DNA of 64,000 nucleotides, taken from the NCBI RefSeq assembly GCF_006345805.1, contig NC_043010.1:44454001-44518000 (forward strand), written 5' to 3'. The notes under the pieces are model-generated. The model was not told the DNA's origin. It saw only the letters and a program-made list of their open reading frames with translations, and did not search any database. The translations under genes and the position numbers were made by a program. Source of the DNA: Octopus sinensis (Eukaryota). Below are positions 11,904 through 24,732 of this stretch, piece by piece; position 1 is the stretch's first letter; each line of letters starts with the position of its first letter.

Positions 11904-12124
11904 AAGTTGGCAAGCTGGCAGAATTGTTAACATGTCAAACAAAATTTTCAGCAGCATTTATTCTAGCTTTACATTTCTAAGTTCAAATTCCACTGAGATT
12001 GACTTTGCCTGTCATCCTCTGGGGATTGTTAAAATAGGTACCAGTTGAGTACTGGTGTCAATGTAATCAACTAGCCCCCTCCCACAAAATTTCAGGCCTT
12101 GTGCTTATAGTAGAATGAATTATT
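11904..12124 (+). mobile_element. SINE family B
   Basis: ggcaagctggcagaattgttaac...gttcaaattccactgagattgactttgcc...caggccttgtgcttatagtagaa. Confidence 0.8.
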
Positions 12125-12837
12125 AATATCTAAGATCTATGTAACACATACAATTCAAATGCAAGATTTCTCTCATTCCCTCTCTTATACACTCACAGAT
12201 ATTCTCAATACCACCAATTACAAAGATTTTTCTTATCTTTTTTTATTTTTTCGTTTAGTTTCTCACCAAAGGTTTCAGAAATTGTTGCACATTTATACCA
12301 AGACTAATATAAATTTATGGTCATTAAGTAACTAGAGAATCCTGAACAGTTCACTAAATGTCTTGGTTGCTTGACTGATCCTGATGAGTCAAAGACATTG
12401 AGTGGAGATGAGTCAGTCACGTCTGTTAAAGAAATGCAATTTCAAGAATGAGTGGGAGTGGAGGAAGAGGCAGGGTTACAAGATAGGTTATTAGCAATAA
12501 AATCTTGACAAATAGAGCACAATGATGTATACTGTTTGGGTGTGATGGTAGAGCAAATAAATAAATAAATAAATGAAAGAAAATTTATGAACAAATTTGG
12601 AATCAACAGATATATTGCCTACTACCATCACTGGCATGGCCACAAAGGGCCATCACTGATGTGTGAAAATATTTTATATCTCTGACTAAAGAAATTAAAT
12701 GTTATGTTGAAGCACCACGTTTTCCATTGTTGATAATACTACATTTTTTAACCCAAAATATCTCTTAAAAATTTACCTTGCATCCTAGAGGACAACAACA
12801 GTTATATTTTTCACAAGCCAATTTGAACTGCAGATAT

Positions 12838-13243
12838 CTCTCTTTTACTCTTTTACTTGTTTCAGTCATTTGACTGCGGCCATGCTGGAGCATCGCCTTT
12901 AGTCGAGCAAATCGACCCCGGGACTTATTCTTTGTAAGCCCAGTACTTATTCTATCGGTCTCTTTTGCCGAACCACTAAGTGACGGGGATGTAAACACAC
13001 CAGCATCGGTTGTCAAGCAATGCTAGGGGGACAAACACAGACACACAAACACATACACACATACATATATATATACATATATACGACAGGCTTCTTTCAG
13101 TTTCCATCTACCAAATCCACTCACAAGGCATTGGTCGGCCTGGGGCTACAGCAGAAGACACTTGCCCAAGATGCCACGCAGTGGGACTGAACCCGGAACC
13201 ATGTAGTTGGTTAGCAAGCTACTTACCACACAGTACTGTGCCT
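12838..13243 (-). mobile_element. SINE family A, full-length young copy
   Basis: Near-exact reverse complement of 192-592. Confidence 0.9.
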
Positions 13244-13869
13244 AAACATAAAAGAAAAGATGCAGGATATAACTGACCACCAGGATCTCTGTTGCTAAGC
13301 CACTAACAAAGCACCTCAGTAAAATATGTGAAACTGCTTAGATCTTATTTTTTATGTTTATATCCCACCCACTTTAATTTTTTTAAATTTTGAAGTCAAA
13401 ATTAGGACGTCTTCAATATTGCAACACTAAGAAATGTGATACTGAACTAATTTCTATGTTAAAAGAGGGCAAACCATCAATTGCATAGTTAGTATTATGC
13501 ATTCTATCACCACTGCTGTATTATATTCAAGGTTAGAATTTAATTAGGAACCAAATTTCACTTGCTTTTAACTAAGTACTACACAGCGGTATAGTCCACC
13601 AATGCAAAAAGTAGTGATATATAATTGATTTCCAACACTGGCACAAAACAATACATTTTGTGGGGAGAGTATAACCAATCACCTCACTCCCATTGTGAAG
13701 GTGTATGACTTAGTGGTTAAGATGCTGCACTCACAATAGCAAAAATTGTGATTTTGATTCCTGGACCATGTAGTGCATTGTGTTCTTGAGCAAAACACTT
13801 CATTTCCCATTGGTCAAGTTCACTCAGCTGTAAATAATGAAATTATTTCATATATTTCTTTATTGTCAA

Positions 13870-14080
13870 CAGGGGGCAAAACATAGAGGGGACAAACAAG
13901 GACAGACAAAGGGATTATGTCAATTACATCAACCCCAGTATGAAACTGGTACTTATTTAATCGACCCCAAAAGGATGAAAGGCAAAGTCAGCCTCAGCGG
14001 AATTTGAACTCAGAACGTAACAGCAGACGAAATACCACTAAGCATTTCACCCGACGCGCTAACGATTCTGCCAGCTCACC
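13870..14080 (-). mobile_element. SINE family B, young copy
   Basis: Reverse complement ggtgagctggcagaatcgttagcgcgtcgggtgaaatgcttagtggtatttcg...; CpGs retained. Confidence 0.85.
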
Positions 14081-14289
14081 TGTAATAAGCATATAATTAC
14101 CAGAAACAAAAAGGAAATTTAGAATGCTATTGACTTTGTTGGTAATTAGTTTCTTTCTACATCAACAGAAAATTTTATGTATGCATAAGAAATACTATAC
14201 TGTATTGAAATAAAATATTAAATTTGAATGTGAAAAGGTGTTAAAAAATGAGGTTAACATAACCTGTTTAATGTATAATGTTAAATTGT

Positions 14290-14600
14290 ATGCAAGGTAC
14301 AGAGAAAGTGCACCGAGAAAGTTGCTGAGCATTAAAGACATCATGAGACGAAGTGTGCAAAAGAGACAATTGCGTTGATACGGACATGTGATGCATGTTG
14401 AATGTGAAAAAGTGTTGTATGCTGCTGGTAAAGGGTATCTGTTAGAAGAGAAACACTGAAGAAAATATGCAAAAATGATAATAAACCTCCAGATATTGGG
14501 TTATACAGAATTGATAATGACAGAGTAAGCTGATTGGTGGATATGCTGTATGTAGACCCATCTAGTATATACCAGCATAAAAATAAAGATATCAAAACAT
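14290..14600 (+). mobile_element. RTE LINE 3' relic
   Basis: SVQKRQLR*YGHVMHV resembles the conserved RRLRWYGHVxR block. Confidence 0.55.
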
Positions 14601-15103
14601 GCTGGTAGTAACAATAAAGATGAGGATATTTGCTACTGATGATGGCACACATACCTTGGAAGTAAGTGCTTAACCACACAGCCACACCTACACTTGTAAT
14701 GCAATTCAGAGGCAACAATTCTAACTGAGAAGTGGGGAAAACAGTGTTTCACAGCAACCTAGTCTACCAGCCACACCGTAAAAAATTTGAAGCATGAATC
14801 ACTCTAATATTCCTATTCACAATATACTGATAACAATATTGACATGAGGGTAACAGGAATTCAATTCAAACTAAAATGCAAATCAATAAAAAAAAAAAAC
14901 AGACACGCACAAAAGGAAGTTTGTTTTGTGCACCATACATTGACAACAACAACAACTATTATTGATAGTGTAAGCAACAACAGATAATATTATAACTGTT
15001 ATGTCAGCTGTGACAATCAGCACTGACTGAAGAAGAGAAAAAAGAAGGAAAACTACAAACATAACACCACAAACAATAACAAGACGACTGTTTTATATCT
15101 GTA

Positions 15104-15420
15104 CTAGCTGGGCTCCATGCCGTCTAAAATGACGGCTAATTGTATTATTTTAAATATAAATAAGGTACAAAACCAAGTTTTTAGTTTAATTCTTTTATTA
15201 CCAAATTTTTTTTTGTGAAAAATCTCTCCACAACTAACATCCCTTGACTGCTTGTTTCCTTCAAAAGAATTTAAAAGTTTTCCTTCCTTCTTGTACGACT
15301 TAAGGCCACATAAAGCTGGCCGTGACTAAATACAGGATAGAATATGGATGGTAAATCAAATTAATACATTTGTCAATGTTATCCAGTGGTTGTCTTTTGA
15401 GATGTGACATCGATCATCAT
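15104..15420 (-). mobile_element. Helitron 3' terminal fragment with PIF1-like helicase C-terminal motif
   Basis: Minus strand 15336-15295 encodes PVFSHGQLYVALSR. Hairpin gccgtc-atttta-gacggc (15119-15136) lies 11 nt before a terminal CTAG (15104-15107) followed by T. Confidence 0.85.
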
Positions 15421-15497
15421 TTGTTACTGAAAGAACGCTGATTCACACATACAAATGCTCATATACTTCCCTTGTACACGCACACACATACACTCAC

Positions 15498-15615
15498 ACA
15501 GATTTGAAACGCTGTTTGATTTTTCTTTGATTTTATATTGAGAACTGATAAATACCAGTTCCTCAACAAAAAAATGTATTAGTGAAATTTTTAGCCTATC
15601 CACACTCATACATTC
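15498..15615 (-). CDS. candidate internal exon (ECMSVDRLKISLIHFFVEELVFISSQYKIKEKSNSVSNL)
   Basis: Acceptor aactttgtcttctcattag and donor tgt|gtgagt; 118 nt; single open frame (overlaps ORF 15424-15609). Confidence 0.4.
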
Positions 15616-15789
15616 CTAATGAGAAGACAAAGTTTTGCATCCATATAATTCTTTCTTTACCATGGTGCTGGACAAATTGGAAAACTTTAAGACCACTAGG
15701 ATTTAATTAAAACGTTACAAGCTCATTAACTAATCATGCCCTTTTGCAATCACTGCCCATCCCCATGAGAAATACTGGTTAGTTACCTT

Positions 15790-16392
15790 CTATCTTTTAT
15801 TGCTATTATTATTATTATTATTATTATACTTGTTTCAGTTATTGGACTGTGACTATGCTTAGGATTTAGTCAAACAAATCAATCCCAAGTACATAATATT
15901 TTTTTTAAAGTGTGATACTTATTCTATTGATCTCTTTTACTGAACTGCTAAGTTATGGGGATATAAACAAACCAACACCCATTGTCAAGTAATGGTAGCG
16001 GATAAACACTAACATGTGCACACACACAGATATATATGTGTGTGTGTGTGTGCCTATATATATATATATATATATATATATCTGTAAATATTGAACAATG
16101 AGAATGAGTGCTCAGCACCACATTGATGAATAAAGATTCTTTATTTGTGGATTAAGGCTACCATTAGTTTCATTTTAAAAGGCCCTTAACAATTATCAAG
16201 TCTATCACATGGAACATCAGTGTTCATCTCCATTTTGAAACCAATGGTAGCCTTTATCTACAAATAAAGTACACACACACACTCACGATAGGTTTCTTTT
16301 AGTTTCAGCTTACTAAATATGCTTATAAGGGTTTGGTTGGCCCAGAGCTATAATAGAAGACATTTGCCAAAAATGTGCCATGCAGTGGAATA
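15790..16392 (-). mobile_element. SINE family A, decayed, with a nested fold-back element at 16088-16269
   Basis: Family A tail (15790-16030) and head part (16280-16392) are split at the central microsatellite. Confidence 0.65.
16088..16269. mobile_element. small fold-back element (family shared with 29770-30120) with hammerhead-like 3' half
   Basis: Arms 16139-16172 and 16236-16269 (34 bp, 3 mismatches); motif gaaaccaatggtagcc. Confidence 0.6.
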
Positions 16393-16896
16393 AAAATGTA
16401 AGAGATATTTGATTAGTACAGTTAATACTACAAGTCTGTGGGTTATATTATTCAGTTAGTACAGATCTATGACTAATCTGTTCTACACCACCAAGAGCTG
16501 TAATCTGATATTCAGCTATAGGTTTTAACCTTTAGTATCTGCTTAGATTTATGATTAGGACATTGAAAGTTAATTGTCTTGACTATGAAAACAATAAATA
16601 ACTGTTGACAGGATACAAAATAGCTACAACTCATTTACTTGCCCAATACCTTATCCATTCAACAAAATACTAATTCTCTTGCAGGTCTTCTCCTAAGTAC
16701 ATCAGTCATAGAGGCATTTAGATGTTATTACTCAGAGGCAGCTTAGCATCACTGCTCCAAGATTAAAATACAGCTTTGTTTTCTCTGCTGGAATATGAAA
16801 AGCTCTCTTTGGCAATGTTACCAAAGAGAAATATCCACTGCTTTGACTATGTTCTATAGTTATTATAAGCATTGGATTGTATTATGGTTAGTATAG

Positions 16897-17082
16897 TTGT
16901 TGTTTAGCCTTTGCTTAGTCCTGATTGATCAGACCTATAGTCAAACGCATTATAGCCATGACTATCCCATTATTTTATACATCAATGACTACTGAGTTGT
17001 CCTTTTTCTTAACGCAGAATGATTTTGAGAGATTTAGTTGCTATTATTGGCAGGTTGAGCAACCACACAGAGATTCCTTGTT
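16897..17082. repeat. interspersed repeat family C
   Basis: ttgttgtttagcctttgcttagtcctgattgatcagacctatagtcaaa...gagagatttagttgctattattggcaggttgagc. Confidence 0.7.
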
Positions 17083-18248
17083 TTGCTCTAGTTATTAGTG
17101 TACAGTCATGGAGTAAACCAGGAATGTGGAAGAAGAGGATGAAAAAGTGTACAAAGAGAAAGAGAAGACAAAACAGAGAAAGAGATTGAGGGAGGGAAAT
17201 AAAAGCAAACTTGAGAGAGTGAGAGGATGGAAAGAATTAGAGAAAATAAAGGGGAAAATGGTATAGATTTATCAGATATAATTGGGTAATGGGAGGTGGA
17301 TAGAGTAGTGTAGCAGAGGAAGAAAGATCCCTGAACAAATAAATGAAATTGGTGAAAAAAATAGGATTGAATATCTAATGAAAGGCAATAACAGTAAATA
17401 AAGTGGTGAGATGGAATATACGATTGATTTGATCAAGGTCAAATAAACAACAATGATTTTAGAGTTTATTTTTATAAAAAGATTGTAAAAGGATTGTGTA
17501 AAATAAAGAATCTTTAGATTTGTTGCAAAATAAGGATCATAATAAGGTATATCTTTTTCATTTTTTCCCTTTCAAATGTTTTATTTGAAGATAGTTTAAA
17601 TCAAAATTATGCAGTATAGAAGAACTATAGGATAAAGTGGGAATATCTCACAAGAATACTAGGAAAAGTCCTGAATGAGAAAGAGAGAGACAGATAAAAT
17701 GAGAAAGAGAGAGAAGGAAGAAAGAAAAAAGACAAATATGCAATAAAAGATAAATAAATAGAGTAAAAGAAAGTCAATAAGCATACAATGGATCCAATTA
17801 AGTAGCCTACTTTAAATATCTTTCACAGAAATGTTTACTGTCACAGAAGATACAAATAAATTAATCATTAGATACCACTTAATCAATATTCTCTCTTAAT
17901 TGGACAGAACAGAGAATCCCAACTACATATCAAAACACAAATTGACATCATTAAACCTTATCAGAGCAATCTTCTTCACAATAGGTTTTCTTGGAAACAG
18001 TAATTTTCACTGATGCAATTCGTACCTTTAAACTTTACAATGACAAATAAGATTTCCTTTCAGAAAATACATTTTAAAAGCGTTCTTTTTCTCTACGGGT
18101 TTTTATTTTTTATCTTTCAGTTTTTCAATAAATCATTCCTAAATTACTGGTTGGAATGGTTACAGTATTTATTTTTGTACAGCTGCATTCCAAAATAAAA
18201 ATACAGAACAAACACTATAGGTTCCATTAAATAGAATTTCTATCTCAC

Positions 18249-18302
18249 CAATCTCAGGAAGCCTTTACAAAAGTCATGGGCACAGCCACCCACCAGACTA
18301 AA
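18249..18302 (-). CDS. candidate internal exon (FSLVGGCAHDFCKGFLRL)
   Basis: Acceptor ttaatctatttgatcatttttacag and donor ttg|gtgaga; 54 nt, phase 0 to 0; single open frame. Confidence 0.4.
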
Positions 18303-20080
18303 CTGTAAAAATGATCAAATAGATTAATGAGAATACTAGACCCTGTATTAACCAATTCTAAGGTTGCTTCAGCTGTAAGCATTTTGAATTATCATTTCTT
18401 AATACTATTTTAAATGAAAATTCAGTGACTCAAAAGGGAGCACTTTTATTGCTGAAATTTGAAACCAATAATTAATCACCAATTTTATCAGGTATTGACA
18501 TGTGGTGAAGAAATTCATTTAGGCAACCACACGGTTTGGGGTTCAATCCTGCTGTGTCCTTTATTAAGGCCGCAGGTTGACCAAGTGTCCTTTTTTAAGG
18601 CCTCGGGTTGATCAATGCCTTTTGAGTGAAATTTGGTTAACAAAAGCTTTATAAAAGCCTATCATATGCATGTACATGTTTGCATGTGCACATGTGTACA
18701 TGAGTTTATCTCAAAGTGTACTTACTTGATATCTCTTTAGCAGCAACATTGTCCTAAGTTTGGTAGAAAGATGTGCTCAAGACAAATGGAATAAAGTACT
18801 TCACTTGGAAACAAGTAAGGGTTGGATCAATGAGGACATCCAGCCAGACAATGCTACCTCAAGAAGTCTTGACCAACCCATACCAACACAGAAAAAAGCT
18901 AATGTGAAAGTGATGAGGATGATGATAATGAATATGCTGAAAGAGCACTGTTAACTGTATCAACCCTGTACATTACAAATATTTATTTTGTCAACTTTGC
19001 AGAGATTAAAGGCAAAATCAAGACCCACAGGATTTGAACTCAAAATATAAAGGGCTGTAACTAAATAACACAAGGTAGAGGGTCACGGCAAAAGGTTACA
19101 GTTGATTGGATTGATCCAGTATATGACTGGTATTTACTTTATCAACCTTGGTAATGACTGAGCCAACTGTAAAGAGATGCAACTGCTGTATTTTCTGGCA
19201 TATAATTTTTTAAAACACCAAGACAACACTGGAGGACCAAAAATTCTATGTGAAATACAGCATAATTTGGAAAGATAGTGACTATGTATGAATGTTTTAC
19301 ATTACATGTTTATATACTACATTGAATTGTATGCCAGATAATATATTAAATTTTGTAAAATATTCATTTATAACTAGTAATAATGATTTTTTGACACTGT
19401 GACAGGCATTTGGAAGATACTTTATTTTATCAATCCCAGAAGGATAAAAAGCAAGGCTGACTTAACATCACAAAACCTTTGTGCTATCCTTCAGCCTACT
19501 ACTTATGCTGATTACTACAAATGGCCATGAATTTTGGCAGGAAGTAATAATTAATGACAACAACCTTAGTATTTTACATTCTTACCTCCAGGAAAATGAA
19601 AAACAAAATCACATCACCCAATGTTAATTGAACTCAGAACTACTACTCTACACCACCACCACCACCACCACCAACAACAACAACAACTTTTCTTTTGTAG
19701 GAGAATAGGTCATTGTGTACTATTTAATGGACCCAGCAGGATAAAAGACAATATAAACAACAGCAGAATTTCAACTCATAAACACAAAACAAAATGATAG
19801 ATAGAGACTGTAGGGTTCTCTCTATTGTTGGAACCAGAACAAAAAAAAAAGAACAATAACAAAGATTTATTTGAAAAAGGGAGAAGGAAGACAATTTGTG
19901 TAGAGAATAAGGGGAATGTAATCAAATGTATCAGTCTCTGGTAGTCTAATGATAGTCTATTCAACTAAGTATGGCAAAGCTGACTCCTTTGAGATTTCAA
20001 CAATAATAACTACAATAATTTCTCTGTGCAAGGTACTACTACTACTACTACTACTACAACAACGACAACAACAACAATAA

Positions 20081-20818
20081 TGGATATGACAAAAAAAAAT
20101 GTATATACAAAACTGTAGAAGCTATACCTGGACCCTCAACACTACACAGCCCACATCATATGCAAGACACTATAAATTCAATAGTGCACCCCAAATAAAA
20201 CAATTCACAAATACTGAAGGCTGGATATAGTAACCTTTAGGAGGGACAAACAAGAGTGCCTAATAATTGACATAGCAGTGCCAGAAGATCAATGTATCAT
20301 CATGAAAGAAAGAGAAAAGGTTGATAAATATGGAAACCTGAGAATTGAGATCATTAAGATGTGGCAGCTATGAGAGTCAAACAAAGGTTATCCCAATAGT
20401 TATTGGAGCATTGGGTTCAATACCACCCAATATGAAAAAACATCTGGAAACTTTAGAAATATCCTACAATCTAGGTGTATTGCAAAAGTTGGCATTACTT
20501 GAAAATGTATGCATATTGCATAAAATACTGTCTGTCTGAGATCCTTGTTGTGACTTGACAAACAATACAACCTCATGATATTGTATACTGTGTGATGTCT
20601 ATAATAATAATAGTGATAATACTATTATTATTATAGACATCTGAGGTCCTTGTTGTGACTTGACAAACAGTACAACCTCATGATATTGTATACTGTGTGA
20701 CGTCTATAATAATAATAGTGATAATACTATTATTATTATAGACATCTGAGGTCCTTGTTGTGACTTCACAAACAGTACAACCTCATGATATTGTATTGTG
20801 TGCGACGTCTATAATAAT
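20081..20818 (+). mobile_element. 5'-truncated R4/Dong-like element (RLE domain and 3' UTR) with triplicated 3' end
   Basis: DIVTFRRDKQECLIIDIAVPEDQCIIMKEREKVDKYGNLRIEIIKMW...VIPIVIGALGSIP is a PD-(D/E)xK-type endonuclease block; follows an (ACT)n/(AAC)n tract. Confidence 0.8.
20535..20818 (+). repeat. 105-bp tandem repeat, about 2.7 copies; the two full units each contain an 18-bp perfect inverted repeat
   Basis: Units start at 20535, 20640 and 20745; hairpins at 20597-20638 and 20702-20743. Confidence 0.9.
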
Positions 20819-20869
20819 TCTATAGGACTGAACCTGGAACCATCCAGTTGGGAAGCAAACTCTGATAGA

Positions 20870-21540
20870 CATTTCTATCCATCTGACTAAAACATCACCA
20901 GAAAAGAGATGGAGAATGTATCAAAGTCCAAGGATCTTGAAATTGAAATAAGCAGGATGTGGGGTTTAAAAGTGAAGTTAGTGCCAATAATAATTGGAGC
21001 ATTAGGTATGATAATAAAAAAAGAATAGCAAGAACAAAAATAGAAAAACAAATCAGGGTTTACAATTTTACACGCAGTCCAAAGATTGCCTGGCTATCAC
21101 ACTCCACACTAGTCACTTTCAGCTGAATAGCAGAGCTCAAACTACACTCTTTGCCTATAACACATACTCTTACAAAATCAATATTTGACACTATTATACC
21201 AACAACTCTCACAATTCACATTTTACACAATTACCATCCATTAACATAACACAACACATACAACATATACAGAACAGAATCACCACCTGACACCAAAACA
21301 CATCATCCTCGTTATACAATACATGAAACACAAACACCAACCAACATATTCTACACAACAGACAAAAGACTAAAATAACACTAGAAACAACATAACAAAC
21401 ACTCCACAACAATGCAATACTGTTCTAAATCTTTAAAACACAATACTGCACATATCACAGGTATATGGAGGTGTACCTGGTGGAAAAGTTATAGTCAACA
21501 CAAAACAGATGAAAACATCATGATGATGATGTTGATTTCT
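20870..21540 (+). mobile_element. second R4-like 3' fragment with AC-rich 3' UTR
   Basis: KDLEIEISRMWGLKVKLVPIIIGALGMI; a similar relic lies at 24195-24340. Confidence 0.6.
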
Positions 21541-21749
21541 TAGATACAAAACCAGAAAATTTGGAGCAAGTAGGTAATTAAACCACCCTCAGTACTTGGT
21601 TTAAAAGAATGTAATAAGTAATGTGATTAAACCATTCCTGGACTAATTTCACTGACCACCAATGGACGAAAAAGTAAAGGTGGTCACAGTGAAATTGAAA
21701 CTCAGATTTAAACTATATACTGTGAGACTCATTTAATCTGGTTATTCTA

Positions 21750-21968
21750 ATAATGGCTTCAGATTTTGGCACAAAGCCAGCAATTTTGGGGTATGGGATA
21801 AGTAGAACACACTGATCCCTGTGCTTGACTGGTTCTTATCTTATTGACCCCGAAAGGATGAAAAGCAAAGTTGACCTCTGCAGAATTTGAACTCAGAATG
21901 TAAAGACAAACAAAATTCTGCTAAGCATTTTACCTGGCATGCTGAAGATTCTGCCAGCTTGCCACCTT
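21750..21968 (-). mobile_element. SINE family B, CpG-eroded
   Basis: aaggatgaaaagcaaagttgacctctgcagaatttgaactcagaatg...gattctgccagcttgcc. Confidence 0.8.
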
Positions 21969-23234
21969 TCTGATTATCCCAATAATACTTTCAATAATGA
22001 TTCCTTATATAATAATGTCTCTGTTATAATAAAACAGAAACAAATGGAAAATATTAAAAGAAAAAGAAAAACATGAAAAAGATGATATGGTAAATCTAAA
22101 GTGTGAGTAGGAAGCTTTGTATATAATCAATATTCTATCATGGTTCCAGAAGAAAACAGAATTGGAACATTTTAGCAATGTCTCTAGAGAGCAGATTTAT
22201 AAATTTTGATTGGAATTTCTCAAACCAAAAATTTTTTGAAGAATTTTATCTATATAAAAAAAAAACTCATAAGACTACAAAGAGACAACCATCTTATCTC
22301 AAGCAGCCTAGAATTAGTAAACCTGGTAACTATACCAGCCATTACAACTGAGCTGGTGGTTGTTGCTATTGTTATGGTTGCCTTAATAACAAGTCCAGTA
22401 TTGCAATTTTGATTTGAAGTTGCAAAAAAGTTTCAACTTGAATTGACTTGAGATTTGAAGCTTCAGGGGAAGAATTTAGTAAAGAGGACAACTTTGAGTG
22501 AGTTTAGTAGAGCAATCTGCATTCCATTTGGAATATAGCTCCACATCGAACATGTAGCTTCAATGGAACCCAACAGAGCTACTAGCAATGTGTATGGAAA
22601 AGTGTGTCAATACCTCAAAACAGATACAGAAAACAGATGGCAGAAACACAAAACACTAACTGTGTTTGAAAATTATACAGGCATAATAATATAGGACACA
22701 TCTAAATAATGTATTAACAGAGAAATAGAGGTAAACAACTCAAATGTTATTGTTAATTGGCAAATGACTTCTTAGAGATATTTCAAGTCCAGTCGGCAGA
22801 AATAGGGTTACAAAGCTTACTGAGACGGAATAGTGGACAAAATTCTTTACAATATATTTTATACTTAGAAAATTCTTATGTTTATAGCCAAAGTGAGCTT
22901 AAGTAGTATAGAATGAACTAGAGATGCAATAACAGAAGAAAGTTACTCAACATACATCTAGCCACCCAATTTCAATTGCTTCAAAAAACAAATTTTTTGC
23001 AAGAACTACCAACTTAAGAAAAAAGTGAAAATATTATAACATCTCAGCTTAAAGATTGGTCCCTAGATAGCATATAATAATCTTGCCATCATTTTCTAAG
23101 ACAAAAATTGCTGCAGCTATGAATTGATATAATGATAAATGAATATTGTCATATAAAATTAAAATGAAAAAGCTGAAGAATTATATCAACTGAACATTAA
23201 CACTGTTAAAGGATGTGGCTACCATCTCAAATGG

Positions 23235-23348
23235 GCAGGTTCAGTTCTATTGTGCAGAACCTTAGACAAGTGTCTTCTACTATAGCCTTGGGCTGATCAA
23301 AGCCTTGTGAGTTGATTTGGTAGATAGAAACTGAAAGAAGCTTGTTGG

Positions 23349-23380
<32 letters not shown>

Positions 23381-23571
23381 GAGTGTGTGTCTTTGTCTGT
23401 GGTTGTCTTCTACCATTGTCTAACAACCAGTGTTGGTGTCTTTACATCCCTGTAACTTAGCAGTTTGGCAAAAAAGACCAAAATAAGTACTGGGGTTGAT
23501 TCATTCAACTAAACTATTCAAAGTGGTGCCCCAGCCTGGCCACAGTTTAATGAGTAAAACAAATAAAAAGA
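23235..23571 (+). mobile_element. SINE family A, decayed
   Basis: caagtgtcttctactatagccttgggctgatcaaagccttgtgag...ccccagcctggccacagtttaatgagtaaaacaaataaaaag. Confidence 0.8.
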
Positions 23572-23771
23572 TGTGTATCTGAGAGAGAGAATCAATAAAA
23601 GTGAATAAATTCAGCATGTTAAAGAACCCATTCAAAAGAAACATATTGATTTAAAATGATCCTAAAAAGCAAAATTAAATTCCATAAATAAAATGGAAAT
23701 AACTAATCTAGTAGTCCCAGCGGCAAGCTACAACAAACTACAACTTTAATGTGAAATAAGGAATGTGCAAC

Positions 23772-23806
<35 letters not shown>

Positions 23807-24364
23807 TAAAATTTAACAAAATTTAGACTACCTAATCAAAAAGCTGACATTTTTTGCATGTGTATTTTTAGAATGATGACAGAGACATTGAACAACATAA
23901 AGATTGTTTGTAAAACTGGAACAGTAGAACTAGACACTTGTCCTTAAAAGAAAACAAGACAGTCTTATAATAATAATTTGTAAAACAAGACAGAAACAAC
24001 AGTTACACTTTATATACAAAATAGCACAAAAATATTTAGCAGAAATAGGTACTCCGCCTATAAATTCCTCAGAGAGAACACACACATCATTAAACATGCA
24101 TACACTGTAAAAAAAGATAGATGCAATGAAAAGAGTTAAAGGATTGATCTGTTATCTTTTACTTGTTACAACCATTGGACTGCAGATATTGAATATACTA
24201 GACATTGATTTTGTGCAGCTAGAGATTGAAATATGTGGAATATAGACACAAGAGTAGTCTTAATCATTACAGGAGTGATGGGTGTTGTGAGGAATAGTAT
24301 AGAAAAGAGAACTGAACAGTTTCTGGAGAAACTTTTAATAAAAGTCTCAAAACCAGAGTTTCTA

Positions 24365-24732
24365 GTGTTCAGCCATGCTGGGGCACCAAGTTGAAGGGTT
24401 TTAGTTGAATAAATCAAACCCAGTACTTGCATTTTTTAAAGCCTGGTAGGTACTTATTCTGTTGGTCCTTTTTGTTGTTTTTTTGTTTACAGGGATGTAA
24501 ACAAGTTGATAGTGGTTGACAAGCAGTGTGTGTATGTGGGAGGGGAACAAACACAAAAATACACACATGATAGGCTTCTTTCAGTTTCTGTCTACCAAAT
24601 CCACTCACAAGGATTTGGCTGGCCTGAGGTTATATAGCAAAAGACACTTGCCCAAGGTGCCATGCAGTGCGACTGAACCTGGAACCATGTGGTTGAGAAG
24701 CAAGCTTCTTACCACACAACCACATCTGTGCC
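24365..24732 (-). mobile_element. SINE family A
   Basis: Reverse complement of family A; ORF 24516-24947 is its antisense reading. Confidence 0.8.

Noticed and set aside
20535-20818. Regular repeats with palindromes, possibly CRISPR-like
   Set aside because: Whole 105-bp units repeat with no unique spacers, the sequence derives from a retroelement 3' end, the context is eukaryotic and there are no cas genes. The same applies to the 26-bp array at 35207-35362.
22821-22917. Strong minus-strand acceptor/donor pair (also 24809-24961)
   Set aside because: Stops in all three frames. This shows that such pairs arise by chance, which is why exon confidences are low; a non-coding exon cannot be excluded.
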